A stretch of 61,941 nt of DNA from a virus (IMGVR_UViG_3300033144_000144:1-61941); one strand, 5' to 3'. Shown: positions 33,801-44,889, numbered from the stretch's first letter. Numbers and translations: made by a program. The notes: a model not told the origin generated them from the letters alone.

Positions 33801-34739
33801 TTAACAAATACTTAATTGTTTAACTACTCCGTTCTCTACTTGCATACACTGATTAATACCAGCTACTACCGCTCTATAATATCCATCAGCCATTTCAGTA
33901 ACTCCATTTGAATCTATAAATACCCAGTCATGTAATTGTACTAAACCACCAGCTTGTCCACTAACTGGGTAATGGTATTTTGTTACTGGATCATTTACAT
34001 TTTGACATGCACTTATACAGTCTGTAAGTGATGCAATATCATCTACAGTAAATGGGGATAATGAAGTAGGACATTCTACTTGAAAAGTCCAAGGAATAAT
34101 ACCACTAACATTAGGAGCCATGTCTATTTCAAATGTAGCTGTCGAAGGTGCTGCATTTGGTTTTGGTATAATCATAGTTGTTACACCATATCCACCAGCT
34201 GGATTCAAAGTTACATCGTTGGCTGTATAAGGGCCCCAGTTAGCAACACCATTGTTTACCCATCCAGTTGGATCTAACTGATATTCAGTTCCATTATAAG
34301 CAACACCATTACTACCGTTTATATTATCTACACCACAACATACTTCAGAACCTATTAAACCTTGAGCATATCCCCAGTTAGGAGAAGAGTATTCAGAAGC
34401 AGTTGTTCCGTCATATGTCCATGTGCATCTCACTGCTGAGTCAACACCTACAAAAAACTTAACCGCAACAGCACCAGTTGCTGATCCTAAATCTACAGTA
34501 ATTTTGTATTTACCAAAAGCACCTGTCCCTTCGCCTGATAAAGCTGGATCATTACAAGCAAACCCACAGGAAGCACAAGTTTGAGGGTTGCCCAATATGC
34601 CACCAGCCATTTGTCTATATATTCCACCTTGAGAATACCAGCCATTTGGTGCTACTTGAGTTAAACCAGAGTCTGTACAAAGTGTAGTTGCACTTGCAAA
34701 GCTCGTTCCGTCATAATAATAAGTTCCTAATGTTGCCAT
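33801..34739 (-). CDS. Cys-rich tail-associated structural protein
   Basis: 312 aa, beta-rich; ADGYY...VENGVV C-terminus. Confidence 0.6.
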   Translation of the reverse strand: MATLGTYYYDGTSFASATTLCTDSGLTQVAPNGWYSQGGIYRQMAGGILGNPQTCASCGFACNDPALSGEGTGAFGKYKITVDLGSATGAVAVKFFVGVDSAVRCTWTYDGTTASEYSSPNWGYAQGLIGSEVCCGVDNINGSNGVAYNGTEYQLDPTGWVNNGVANWGPYTANDVTLNPAGGYGVTTMIIPKPNAAPSTATFEIDMAPNVSGIIPWTFQVECPTSLSPFTVDDIASLTDCISACQNVNDPVTKYHYPVSGQAGGLVQLHDWVFIDSNGVTEMADGYYRAVVAGINQCMQVENGVVKQLSIC

Positions 34740-34752
34740 ATTTATTTAATTT

Positions 34753-37700
34753 TTAACATGTTCCTCCATCTATTACTGCACCGTTATTACCAATTTCAAT
34801 CCAAGTTTTAGGGAAAGGCCCTGGATTAGCATTAGCTACAATGTAGAATCCTGATGGAAGAGGATCATTGAAATTGCAATTGTTATTGTTAAAGCAAACC
34901 TCTCCAATCTGAGGAACAGATCCAGTACCATGGAATGTATTTTTTATACTTCCAGGATCTCCAACATTTGTTGTACAAGCTAATGATTGAGTAGATTGCA
35001 TTGGCCCAAACCATGCTTCAGTACAAGTAAAGTTACAACCACAACACGCATCAGCTGGAGTTGTAGCGGAGTAACATAATTGTGACTGAGTAGTTTCTCG
35101 TAAATCCCAAACTAAGTACAAGTACTGATTAGCTGGAGGCATAGTTGCCGCAGTTGTAGTTACAGATGCCTCATAATTTCCACTGCTTGGATTTAGAATT
35201 GGTACAATCTCTGCAATATTTGGATCTTGTAACAATAAATTCATACCAGCTGGAGTGTTAGGATATAAAGAATTCGATGATAACCATTTGAAACTATCCT
35301 GTAAAGGATTAAAGTCAAAGTCATCAAAGTTCTGTTTTAAACTACGCATAGTAATTGTAGCTCCAGAATAAGGGAAAACCCCAACTGAAGAATTACCAGT
35401 TTGCGATATATACTCTGCTGGAGTATTGGTAGATAAAGAAGCTAAGTCATTTACATTTGGACTAACCGTAGTGGTATCATTCCAGTTATATTCATAGTGA
35501 ATAAACTTCCCAGTATCACTTGGTGAGTTTAGTACTACTCTAACAATAGTAAGCTCGTTAGATGGAATACAATTAACTGTAACCCCATAACTTGCACTAC
35601 CTTGTGGCTGTACTGTTATCTCAACTTCATTTGGAATACCAACTCCTTTATTAAAAGTAAGAGTTCCTGAAGAATTTACAACACCAGTTGAATAAGCTAC
35701 ACCGTTATATACAGCAGTAACTATAATAGATCCAGAGGTTATGGTGTATGGTATATCTACATCCCCAATAGACTCTCCTAAATTTACTATATAGTTTAAA
35801 TCAGAGACTGCGTTTACTTGAGTGATAGTAGTTCCACATGGAGTTCCAACTTGAGGAGTTGGTATCTCTCTATTGTTTGTACTCAGTACATACTCATTCA
35901 TGTACGGATCAAATCCACCTAACTTTTGAGTACTAAGCTGAGTAACAAATTGGTCTCTAAACCAAGAACGCATACCATATGAAGATACAATTTGTATCTG
36001 ATCATTACCTCTTGATGTTCCTCTTAAATTAATTACTGAAGACCTTTTAGTGTCCGTAAAGAACATGTCAGCTCCCCAAGCAGCAAAACTCTCAGGATTA
36101 AAACTAATACCATATTCTTCAATACGAGCTACTTGCGTTCCTAAAACTTCTGGCACAGATGCAATTGCTCCACCACCAGTAGAATCTGTTATAACATTTT
36201 TAGATGATAACACATAAGATATTCTGTCTTCTTGTAAAGTAAGTATATCTGTTTCTCTTGAATGTAATAATTGTATAGGGCCAAATGATGGCTCACAATC
36301 TTTGTAGTTAACTAATCCTAAATTAAACTCATTTAAGTTATTTGAATTAGCAGCTCCACTAAACACACCACTATATGTCATACCAGCAAAACGATCTGCT
36401 TCTTTGTAATCTTGATTAGATACAGCTAAAACTCTTTGCCCCATAACCATAGACTTGGTTGTTGGAGAATCAGTTATTCTAAAACTTTCTACACCATTAC
36501 CAAAAGTATAACAGTTAGCAAACTTTAAAGTCTGTATTAAAGGTTGAGCAGCGTTTTGATTTTGATCTGATGAGCCTCCAGCTGATTGATGATATCTTTT
36601 ACCATCAGCTGGATCTACCACGATATCCATCATTTCTGAAGCATCATAAAATAAATTTGGATCTGCTTCTTGTGGTTCAGTTTCCCATACAATTAATTGT
36701 CCACCACGAGTGATTTCAATTCTTGTTCCAACATGTCCTGGTCTTTTATCGTAGAAAGGCCCACATCTTGGAATACCACATCTATTTCTAAAAAATAACT
36801 CTCCACCTTGTTCGTATACAAATAGCTTTGTTACGAAACAAGAAGATCCAATAGCATTAGATGAGTTGTAAGGCCCTAATCCATTATTTAAAAATTGCTG
36901 ACACGACACCCCATTACTACTACCTGTAGTAAAGTCTTGCCCATCACCATTCCACCATAGATAAAAGTTAGGGTAATCTTGACTGGCTACAAAAGACTCG
37001 TCATATCTGTAATGTTTCTTATTACAATTATTTCCTTTACTACCTCTCCAGTTATCTATTTGAACTCTAATAGTAGAACCAGCTGGTAGGTCATATGGGT
37101 TTCCAGCGTTAGGTGATGTAGAAGGAAAGTTTAAACTATAACTTTTTGAAAGACTACAACCTGTACTATTAGAAGAACCACTCTTCATACCATAGTTTAT
37201 AGTGGCATCTTCTCCTATCTCCGTATTAAACCCACCAGGTTTTATAGACATATATAAACCAGGTAAACTACTCGCTGGAGCATTAGCTAACTCATCTTTA
37301 CCGTAGGCTTTTATTTCTAATATCTTACAAATCTCTTGAGTGTTAGTAGGCCCTAAAGTATCCATTTTGATAATTAGGTTCATTCCTGTTTGAGCAATAC
37401 TTGTATTGTCTCCTTCAAGTTTAAACCAAAATACCGAAGCATCTTGTGGATCTTCATAATAAGTACTTGCGTATATTGTATTGTAACTTCCTTCACTTGG
37501 CTTAACAACAAACTTATATTTAGTTGCCCAGTATGGAGGTAGGTTACTTAAAGTAACTTGAATAGCATTTTTATCAGGTGCTGAAGATGGTGGAACAAAT
37601 ATGGTATTTGAATTAGAAACCAAAGCTGTTGATGCTCTACCAAAATCATCCATATAAACAATAGCGGTTTCATAATCTCTATTACTATGAAGACTTTGAG

Positions 37701-39564
37701 TGTCTGATAACAATAAAAAAGCACCGCTACTTGCGTAATCTAAAAATGTAAAAAACTCCCACTGCTCAGAAACATCTACACCAGGTGCTGTTTCTGAATA
37801 ATATCTTACAGCTGGTGCTTGAAGCTGAAACCCAGTAGCAGTAGGGGTGTACGCAAATCCTTGTTGAGTACATATACTTGTGGCTGGAGGGCCTGGAGCG
37901 GCACAACCTGTAGTGATAGAACTATTTATAATCTCCATATTAGTTGCTGGAGGTGCTATAATATAGTTGTTAAATTTATCTGTTAATGTTCCTCCGTTAC
38001 CTGATAAGTTTACAGGTGTTAAGGGTTGGAAGTTGCCAAGAGGTGTTGTCCCTATTGGTGTTTCAAACTCTACAGAGTTAACTAAATCATTTAGAGAGTT
38101 ATATTGTTGTGTAGCAATAAAACTCCATTGTAAATCAAATGGGCCTGTTTGCTTAAATGTTGGATCAACATCAACTCCACCGTTATCCTGTGGGTTGTTA
38201 CCACCTGGTGCAGACTGCATGGAGACCTCAAAGTTTAATGTAAAACCAGCGTATATAGGAAAAGTAATATTACTTAAATCAAAAGTAATTAACGACTCGT
38301 TAAAAGTTCCAGTCCCTGGTTGTCCAACTGTATAGTTAACACCATTCCCAGAAACAGGAGCTGCTAACTCTTCAGCACCAATATCCTGAATAAGATGATT
38401 AGTAATATAATCAATAGGAATTTTAGCTCCGTTTTCATTTACAATATCATAACCATCTACATAGTTTCCGTATACCAACCTATTACCCTGAATGGTTTGA
38501 GCTTTAGCTATTCGAGGAACATTATCATACTGTCTTAGTAATTCATCTGATCCTAAAGTTGTGTATATTTTACTATTAGTAAAAGTTAAACTTTTTTGAA
38601 TATTATCAGCCCAACCTAAATCAGATTTGTTATATCTTTCAATAACATATATAACATTAGTATTAGAGTCTTTATATAATAAGTCAACTTGAGTAACTCT
38701 TTTAGATCCAGTGGAAAAGGTAATGGTAGCTCCATTATACCTGTTTATCATACCACCATTATTATATTTATCTAAATCAAACCTAAATGCTTTAGGCTGA
38801 AAAGCTGCATTACTAAATAAAGAAGTGGCACTATATCCGCCATCGGTGTATCTATATCTATACGCAAAAGATAAGAATCTTGTTTCCATATAATTCTCAT
38901 CCCCAGGAAAGTTTTCAAGTTTTACATTTGGAACTGGTAAAGGAATATTACCACCAATAGGTGTTTCAAACCCAGGGGGCTTGACAATAACCGTCAAGTC
39001 TTCAGGAACTATTTGATCTACACCAGCCGCTGGATCTAAATAATTTCTTTTTACATTAATTGTTCTCGGAGGATTTAAATCATCCGTAAAAAATAATAAG
39101 TCTTCTATTTTATTGACTCCTGTTATTAAATACTTAGGATCAAAATTCAAAGTAGTTTTACCAGAACCGCTACCATCATCTATTGATACCACATGATATT
39201 GCGTAATCTCTGTATTAGTATTAAATGATACTATTAAATCTACCTTACCAGAAGGAGATAATGGGTTGTTAGAATCATGAACAAACCAGTATATGGTTTC
39301 ATTCATACCATCTTCAAACGCACCAATACAAAATGTAGTAGGAGGTTGACCAGGTAATGCTGGGGTTGATAAAGGGCTTCCACCATACTGCAAAAAACTT
39401 AATTGAGTATTACCCTTAGAGTTTTCTACCGCACCAATCTCAGTAGTTTCGGTAGATCCTAAACGAACATTTAATGCATCAACATACTCGCCTGGAGGAA
39501 CTAATCGTTCATCCACACTCTTGTTCATTTTACCAGCTATAAAATTTGATCTAATATCCGCCAT
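34753..39564 (-). CDS. Tail muzzle/stabilization protein (P22 gp10/tubular B-like), crAss-type
   Basis: NFIAGKMNKSVDERLVPPGEYVDALNVR; LFFTDDLNPPR; FAYRYRY; GNRLVYGNY; YGISFNPES. Confidence 0.75.
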   Translation of the reverse strand: MADIRSNFIAGKMNKSVDERLVPPGEYVDALNVRLGSTETTEIGAVENSKGNTQLSFLQYGGSPLSTPALPGQPPTTFCIGAFEDGMNETIYWFVHDSNNPLSPSGKVDLIVSFNTNTEITQYHVVSIDDGSGSGKTTLNFDPKYLITGVNKIEDLLFFTDDLNPPRTINVKRNYLDPAAGVDQIVPEDLTVIVKPPGFETPIGGNIPLPVPNVKLENFPGDENYMETRFLSFAYRYRYTDGGYSATSLFSNAAFQPKAFRFDLDKYNNGGMINRYNGATITFSTGSKRVTQVDLLYKDSNTNVIYVIERYNKSDLGWADNIQKSLTFTNSKIYTTLGSDELLRQYDNVPRIAKAQTIQGNRLVYGNYVDGYDIVNENGAKIPIDYITNHLIQDIGAEELAAPVSGNGVNYTVGQPGTGTFNESLITFDLSNITFPIYAGFTLNFEVSMQSAPGGNNPQDNGGVDVDPTFKQTGPFDLQWSFIATQQYNSLNDLVNSVEFETPIGTTPLGNFQPLTPVNLSGNGGTLTDKFNNYIIAPPATNMEIINSSITTGCAAPGPPATSICTQQGFAYTPTATGFQLQAPAVRYYSETAPGVDVSEQWEFFTFLDYASSGAFLLLSDTQSLHSNRDYETAIVYMDDFGRASTALVSNSNTIFVPPSSAPDKNAIQVTLSNLPPYWATKYKFVVKPSEGSYNTIYASTYYEDPQDASVFWFKLEGDNTSIAQTGMNLIIKMDTLGPTNTQEICKILEIKAYGKDELANAPASSLPGLYMSIKPGGFNTEIGEDATINYGMKSGSSNSTGCSLSKSYSLNFPSTSPNAGNPYDLPAGSTIRVQIDNWRGSKGNNCNKKHYRYDESFVASQDYPNFYLWWNGDGQDFTTGSSNGVSCQQFLNNGLGPYNSSNAIGSSCFVTKLFVYEQGGELFFRNRCGIPRCGPFYDKRPGHVGTRIEITRGGQLIVWETEPQEADPNLFYDASEMMDIVVDPADGKRYHQSAGGSSDQNQNAAQPLIQTLKFANCYTFGNGVESFRITDSPTTKSMVMGQRVLAVSNQDYKEADRFAGMTYSGVFSGAANSNNLNEFNLGLVNYKDCEPSFGPIQLLHSRETDILTLQEDRISYVLSSKNVITDSTGGGAIASVPEVLGTQVARIEEYGISFNPESFAAWGADMFFTDTKRSSVINLRGTSRGNDQIQIVSSYGMRSWFRDQFVTQLSTQKLGGFDPYMNEYVLSTNNREIPTPQVGTPCGTTITQVNAVSDLNYIVNLGESIGDVDIPYTITSGSIIVTAVYNGVAYSTGVVNSSGTLTFNKGVGIPNEVEITVQPQGSASYGVTVNCIPSNELTIVRVVLNSPSDTGKFIHYEYNWNDTTTVSPNVNDLASLSTNTPAEYISQTGNSSVGVFPYSGATITMRSLKQNFDDFDFNPLQDSFKWLSSNSLYPNTPAGMNLLLQDPNIAEIVPILNPSSGNYEASVTTTAATMPPANQYLYLVWDLRETTQSQLCYSATTPADACCGCNFTCTEAWFGPMQSTQSLACTTNVGDPGSIKNTFHGTGSVPQIGEVCFNNNNCNFNDPLPSGFYIVANANPGPFPKTWIEIGNNGAVIDGGTC

Positions 39565-40485
39565 CTATTTTATCCATTTATCCTGGCCTCTTAAATTCTG
39601 TAAAAGTCTACCAGGGTGTATGTTACTTAATCTTAGTTTAGCATTTCTTAGCAAAGAAGATTTATCTTTTCTTGCTCTGTTTACTATATATTCCTGGACT
39701 CCTAACTTGCCATTCAAAATAGAATATCTAATATATGCATATAGAAATTCTTCAAACAATTTGTTTACTTGCACACGAGAGTCATTACCATTTTCCATAC
39801 CATCAGAAACATACTCAAGAATTACAAACTCTCCAGCCATCTCTGAATTAAAAGTGATTAAACCATCTCTCTTATTAATACTAAATGTAGGATTAATATT
39901 AGCTGTTTCAGTATTGAGTCCGAAGCGTCCTCCAATTTGATAATCAAAACACCACTCTCCATTTACACACCAGCCCATCTTACCATTGTAAGGGCCTGTA
40001 CCCATGTACATATTTTTTTGTGTTCCTTCAAGTCTTTTTATATCAAAGAAAGAATCTTTTGGTTTTAAAACATTCCCATCTATATCAAACAATATTCTAC
40101 AGTCATGGTCTTGCAAATAAGCTCCACTCCAGTTGGTTTGTATGTTTTGAGTCATAGGATATAGCATCCCATTCTTCATTAAATTTACCCTAACCCAGTT
40201 AACATAATCAGGTGGCAATACAAACCTTAATGTATCACAAACTTTTAATTCTAATATTTTTATTTCTTTCATTGCATCATAATGCAATTCTTGTATTCCT
40301 CTTTTAGCGTGGAATAAAACTTGGTATCTATTGAGATTGTTTACTAATTCATGGTTTCCTTGATATATTAGCATAAAGTTATTTACAATATCTTCCAGGC
40401 TAACATATTGATATGAACCCCAATTCTCATCAGTAGGTATTATCCCACTGTTTTCGTAATACTGATAATCTGTTATATAACTCAT
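39565..40485 (-). CDS. Tail ring/connector protein
   Basis: LPPDYVNWVRV motif; position. Confidence 0.65.
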   Translation of the reverse strand: MSYITDYQYYENSGIIPTDENWGSYQYVSLEDIVNNFMLIYQGNHELVNNLNRYQVLFHAKRGIQELHYDAMKEIKILELKVCDTLRFVLPPDYVNWVRVNLMKNGMLYPMTQNIQTNWSGAYLQDHDCRILFDIDGNVLKPKDSFFDIKRLEGTQKNMYMGTGPYNGKMGWCVNGEWCFDYQIGGRFGLNTETANINPTFSINKRDGLITFNSEMAGEFVILEYVSDGMENGNDSRVQVNKLFEEFLYAYIRYSILNGKLGVQEYIVNRARKDKSSLLRNAKLRLSNIHPGRLLQNLRGQDKWIK

Positions 40486-40487
40486 AA

Positions 40488-41441
40488 TTAACTACTTTCT
40501 TGGGTTTCTGTTTGTTCTAATGTATTTCCAAATCCATACACCATTTCTTCTCTAATCTCTATACCTATGTACTGACATATCTTAGCAATTAATGTAGGCT
40601 CGTCAGAGTCTGGTAATTCAAACTCTTGAAAGTCAGGCTGAGTCTGATCAAACATCGGTTCTCCTCCAGCTAAGTTTAACCAAGTCCACTTTGGATCACG
40701 AGGATATCTTATATACTGAGACATCACATCTCCAGGATTCATTATAGTGGTTGGATATACAGTAATTGAATTACCATCCAATACATATGCTGGATATGTT
40801 GTGCTTGGCTGAGTAAGCATAGAGTTTGTTAAGTAAAACATTTTACTCTGACTAACTCTTTCTACTTCTCTAATATTAGTAGGCGAATACATTGCATAAG
40901 ACATCATTGGTGCAGTAAATATATCTGCACTTAATGTTACTGTATTTGCATTTAAAACCCCTGTTACATAAGCCTCATCAAATGTAGATGTGTTTACCAC
41001 TAAAGTGCCTATATGTGGTGTAGGATTTGAAGCTGGTATAGTAGTCCAACCTACAGCCAAAGGATCTATTAATTGATTAGCTACTGGCCCAGCTGCATTA
41101 CCAGAAAATAAAAGAGTAGAATAATAGTAAACTTTATTTATTAAATAATAATCATTAGGCAAAGAATATACATTAGCATTAACTTGATTAAGGTGTACTT
41201 GAGTTGAAAAACTATCTATAACCTCAGCTAACCCTTTAACAATGTTTGCATATTCTGTTCCTGACGATCTATTGTTCTCTCTATTAATCCAGTTATTATA
41301 CTGATAAAAATAGTCCTCAAACATATCCATCTGGGCTTGTTTAGCATATAGATTAAAATCTTGAGGAGAAATGTATCCGTAATTATTTTTATTCGCTATA
41401 GCTAATACAGTATTTCGTACTTCATTTATTGATGCCGCCAT
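40488..41441 (-). CDS. Tail ring protein (tubular A-like)
   Basis: NKNNYGYISPQDFNLYAKQAQ, YSLPNDY, YIRYPRDPKW. Confidence 0.7.
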   Translation of the reverse strand: MAASINEVRNTVLAIANKNNYGYISPQDFNLYAKQAQMDMFEDYFYQYNNWINRENNRSSGTEYANIVKGLAEVIDSFSTQVHLNQVNANVYSLPNDYYLINKVYYYSTLLFSGNAAGPVANQLIDPLAVGWTTIPASNPTPHIGTLVVNTSTFDEAYVTGVLNANTVTLSADIFTAPMMSYAMYSPTNIREVERVSQSKMFYLTNSMLTQPSTTYPAYVLDGNSITVYPTTIMNPGDVMSQYIRYPRDPKWTWLNLAGGEPMFDQTQPDFQEFELPDSDEPTLIAKICQYIGIEIREEMVYGFGNTLEQTETQESS

Positions 41442-41459
41442 ATTATAAAATGATTTCTA

Positions 41460-41505
41460 CAAAGATAACAAAAAAAAAGAGGCCTACTTTTTTTGTAGAC
41501 CTCCT
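41460..41505 (-). promoter_or_regulatory. Terminator hairpin (41470-41505) followed by -7 element (41460-41467)
   Basis: GAGG-CTAC...GTAG-CCTC stem with A-run, then CAAAGATA. Confidence 0.6.
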
Positions 41506-41525
41506 TTAAATTTAGTGAAATAAGG

Positions 41526-42296
41526 TTACGACCAAACAACACCAGTAGCGTAAAGTACTGGAGATGTACTGCCTGACGGAGAAGGAATTAGTGGCATTTC
41601 ATTTACCACATGTGTCCACTCCGCTGCCATAGTTTCTTCCATTAGATTTAACCATGCTTTGGAATAACTATAGTCTGCTTGAGGTTCGTTTATCTCTATC
41701 TGAACTTTCTTAGTACCGTTAGATTCTTTGTACTCTATTTCAAGAGGTGTAGTACCAGCTCCACCAGCTGTTACTCCTGGCATTAAGATATCTTTTAGAT
41801 TTACTAAATGACATCCAAATCCATTACGAGAAATAATTACTGCTGTATCAGAAGCGTTATCATCAAAGATCAAAGTATCCATCATGATTTCAGTTGCACT
41901 TGTAATAGAAGTTACCGTAGCGTGTCTGCCAGTGTCTGAGTTTAAAACAAAGTCACCAGGTCTAACACTACCAAAAGATCCACTTCCACCTTTCTTTAAA
42001 GAGTAAGCATCACTTCTTGGCCAAATCTTAAAGTTTGCACCACTTAATTCTAATGTTTTGTTTCCAGCTCCAGAAATACTAAGTTCTGTATCACTATCAA
42101 TTGCAGTTACTATAGAAGTAACCCAATTGTCTGTGTCTAATACTATATCCCCTACAGATACTGCTCCTTCAAATCCTCCTGTTCCATAAGTCAAATGACC
42201 TATGAGAGTTGCTGAAGTTGCTCCACCTATAATGGGATTAGCCATGTCCGCCTGTTGTTGGTACAGGGGGGTTGGCACACTAATAAACTTCCCCAT
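41526..42296 (-). CDS. Putative capsid auxiliary/decoration protein
   Basis: Likely start MGKFISVP at 42296 (TAATG coupling); paralogous ends with 42296..42574. Confidence 0.6.
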   Translation of the reverse strand: MGKFISVPTPLYQQQADMANPIIGGATSATLIGHLTYGTGGFEGAVSVGDIVLDTDNWVTSIVTAIDSDTELSISGAGNKTLELSGANFKIWPRSDAYSLKKGGSGSFGSVRPGDFVLNSDTGRHATVTSITSATEIMMDTLIFDDNASDTAVIISRNGFGCHLVNLKDILMPGVTAGGAGTTPLEIEYKESNGTKKVQIEINEPQADYSYSKAWLNLMEETMAAEWTHVVNEMPLIPSPSGSTSPVLYATGVVWS

Positions 42297-42574
42297 TAGG
42301 CGATTACGATTCCAGATACCGCTTGTGGAGGTACTACTGAGTAAGTTACACGAGTCCAAGAAGTTGATAGTGCTGCCACCATTGCGTCTTGAATTGCTTT
42401 TCTCATACTGAAGTCTACTTGAGCATCAGATGTAATTGTCGCTGTATTACCGTTTAGGTAAGCGATTACTGTATCAGTTGCAGTTGCACTTCCAGCTGAA
42501 ACTGATATTACTTCATTGACATTCAAAAGAATGTCCCCAGATCCTGTCACTGGGATAGATAAAAATTTTTCCAT
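42296..42574 (-). CDS. Small structural protein
   Basis: Likely start MEKFLSIP at 42574 after -7 element 42608-42615. Confidence 0.65.
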   Translation of the reverse strand: MEKFLSIPVTGSGDILLNVNEVISVSAGSATATDTVIAYLNGNTATITSDAQVDFSMRKAIQDAMVAALSTSWTRVTYSVVPPQAVSGIVIA

Positions 42575-42654
42575 TTTATAAATAGTTTTTAATGGGTTAA
42601 TAAAGTACAAATATAACCAAAAAAAAACACCCCTTTCGGAGTGTTCTTAAATTG

Positions 42655-43407
42655 TTAATCTTTTAATAGTTTCTTGAGTGTTTTATAAACCTCAATTCCA
42701 TCATCACTTTGCAAGAATGATGCTACCATATATTCAGGTTCTTCTCCAAAAGGAACAGACAACATTTTCTTTTTATTGTTTTTCAAATTAAAGTAAATAT
42801 CTTTTCCGTTGTTTCTAAGCATTAGTTTCCCAGTTTGGAAAAGCATAACAACATCCTCTTGTACTTGTAATGTAGGATCATTTAATACCTCCATAAAATC
42901 ATGAGGGTAGTTTTTAGCATAAACTAAAACATCTCTTTTTAGTTCGGCTGTACTCATATTCTCTACATTAGATCCTAATAGAACTCTACCTACTGTAACA
43001 AGTTTTTCTACAGATAAAGAACGAGCTTCAATCTGAGCGTCAAGCTCAATGTTAGCCATTTCTAAATCTTCTTGTGCATCTCTTTGATCATTTACTTCCT
43101 CAAAGACTTGTCCATTCCCTGGATGTAATGCTAAAAAGTGTTGTAGTACTTGATTGTTTTTAGGTACATGTAAAAAACCATCTTCAAAAATAATAGGCTC
43201 CATGATAACATTACCATCTTGCTCATCTTCAAAAGGTGATTTTTGATTTCTTGCGTAACGCAAAGCTCTGTTTTCTCCTGTGCTATCATCGAAGTGTAGA
43301 AGACTACTTCTTTTAGAATTGTGTGATGATAACATGTATGCTAACGGTGTGTTGTTAGACATTAGTCTGTAGTTCTTAGCTACAAATTGTTTTGATTTTT
43401 TTGCCAT
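42655..43407 (-). CDS. Conserved hypothetical protein downstream of capsid gene
   Basis: 250-aa ORF. Confidence 0.75.
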   Translation of the reverse strand: MAKKSKQFVAKNYRLMSNNTPLAYMLSSHNSKRSSLLHFDDSTGENRALRYARNQKSPFEDEQDGNVIMEPIIFEDGFLHVPKNNQVLQHFLALHPGNGQVFEEVNDQRDAQEDLEMANIELDAQIEARSLSVEKLVTVGRVLLGSNVENMSTAELKRDVLVYAKNYPHDFMEVLNDPTLQVQEDVVMLFQTGKLMLRNNGKDIYFNLKNNKKKMLSVPFGEEPEYMVASFLQSDDGIEVYKTLKKLLKD

Positions 43408-43431
43408 TTTATTATATATTAAATTAAAATT

Positions 43432-43462
43432 AAAAAAAAGGGGAGGAGTTTAACCCTCCCCC
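43432..43462 (-). terminator. Intrinsic terminator after major capsid gene
   Basis: AGGGGAGG...CCTCCCCT stem with A-run on + strand. Confidence 0.8.
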
Positions 43463-43473
43463 TAATTACTTAC

Positions 43474-44889
43474 TTAGTCTTGGAATAAGAAGAAGTTGTT
43501 AGCACCTAAAGTACAACAAGCTCTCTCACTCAAGAAGTTTACTTGCATTGCATCCAAGTCAGAAGTTCTTGCTCCACCAGCAGAACCAGTGATCCAAGTT
43601 TTGTATCTTCTGTCTTCAGCTTCTGAAGCTCTATATCTAACATGCAAGAATGGTCTTTTAGCATTCTTACCTAAGATTTGGTCATATACAGAAGTAGATC
43701 CAGCTGGAACTAATAGTCCGCTAATTCCACCACCTACGATATCACCTCTCATAGTTGCATCGTTTAGATACTTCCAGTCAGACTTGTAGAAGTCATAACC
43801 TCTTCTGAAACCTGTGAATCCAAGATTCAAAGCCATATCCTCATCATTGTCAAATAGACCATATGAAGTACCACCAGCTCCGTAAGAGTTTTGAGCAGCT
43901 AACATATCATCAATATCAAATGAGAACTGACGGTCTACGAAAAGAACATTCTCTTCGATAGCACCTTGCTTATCTAATCTCTGAATAACTGTATCGAATC
44001 CAGCAAGTGTTGTTGGGTTACCACCGCCCCATACATTTCCTCGTGTACCTACTACATAGAATACACCTTCAGAACCAGCGTTGATTGTACCAGCGGCTGG
44101 AGCTGATGTAGAAAGAGCAGCTTCTGCACCAGAACCTGGAGCAGCTGGAACAGCTTCGATCATTGCAGTTTCAAGATAATCTTCGAATCTCAATCTTGTT
44201 TCATGCTCAGACTTCAAATACCATAGGTATCCTGATCCGCCATTTTCTGTAGAGATTTCTACCCAACCAATTTGAGCCATGTCAGAACCACTTACTTCGT
44301 AAGTATCCTTAATGATAATTGGTTTGTTGTCAAAGAATACATCGTTTGCTTCTAATGAATCATTCATTCCTGGAGTTCCTTTTGCAAATTCAGATCCGTA
44401 AATCATTACAGATAAGTTTGTTGCAGCTGGAACAACACCAGCGATTTCATAATAAGAAGCAGTAAATGTGTTCTGAGTCACAGCAGTTACTACAGCTTTA
44501 TTGCTAAGTGCAGATCCTGGAGTGTTGTCAGAAATGAAAACCGTTTGTCCAATTCTAACTGCAATGTTAGAACCAGCTGGAGTAAGCGGATCATTTACTG
44601 TAAATACACCAGCAGTACCACCAGCCGCAGCTACTGTTACTTGTGTGTATTTTGTGTGTAGTCTACCTTGTTCAGCCCATTTAATCATGTCTGAGTTTGA
44701 AGGCATTTCAGCACCCACCATTCTTAAGAATGATGCTACTGTTCTGTTACCATATCTTTCGAATTCTTTCTCGTAAGTATCAGGAAGATACTGATTCAAG
44801 AAGTCGAAGTTGGTAATGTAATTTGTAGGAAGTGCAACTCTTTCCGATGAAGGTTGTAGTTGAAATCCTGGGTTTGCTAATACTGGCAT
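43474..44889 (-). CDS. Major capsid protein
   Basis: 471 aa; follows portal and scaffold; strong terminator; KWAEQGRLH and GFTGFRRG motifs. Confidence 0.85.
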   Translation of the reverse strand: MPVLANPGFQLQPSSERVALPTNYITNFDFLNQYLPDTYEKEFERYGNRTVASFLRMVGAEMPSNSDMIKWAEQGRLHTKYTQVTVAAAGGTAGVFTVNDPLTPAGSNIAVRIGQTVFISDNTPGSALSNKAVVTAVTQNTFTASYYEIAGVVPAATNLSVMIYGSEFAKGTPGMNDSLEANDVFFDNKPIIIKDTYEVSGSDMAQIGWVEISTENGGSGYLWYLKSEHETRLRFEDYLETAMIEAVPAAPGSGAEAALSTSAPAAGTINAGSEGVFYVVGTRGNVWGGGNPTTLAGFDTVIQRLDKQGAIEENVLFVDRQFSFDIDDMLAAQNSYGAGGTSYGLFDNDEDMALNLGFTGFRRGYDFYKSDWKYLNDATMRGDIVGGGISGLLVPAGSTSVYDQILGKNAKRPFLHVRYRASEAEDRRYKTWITGSAGGARTSDLDAMQVNFLSERACCTLGANNFFLFQD

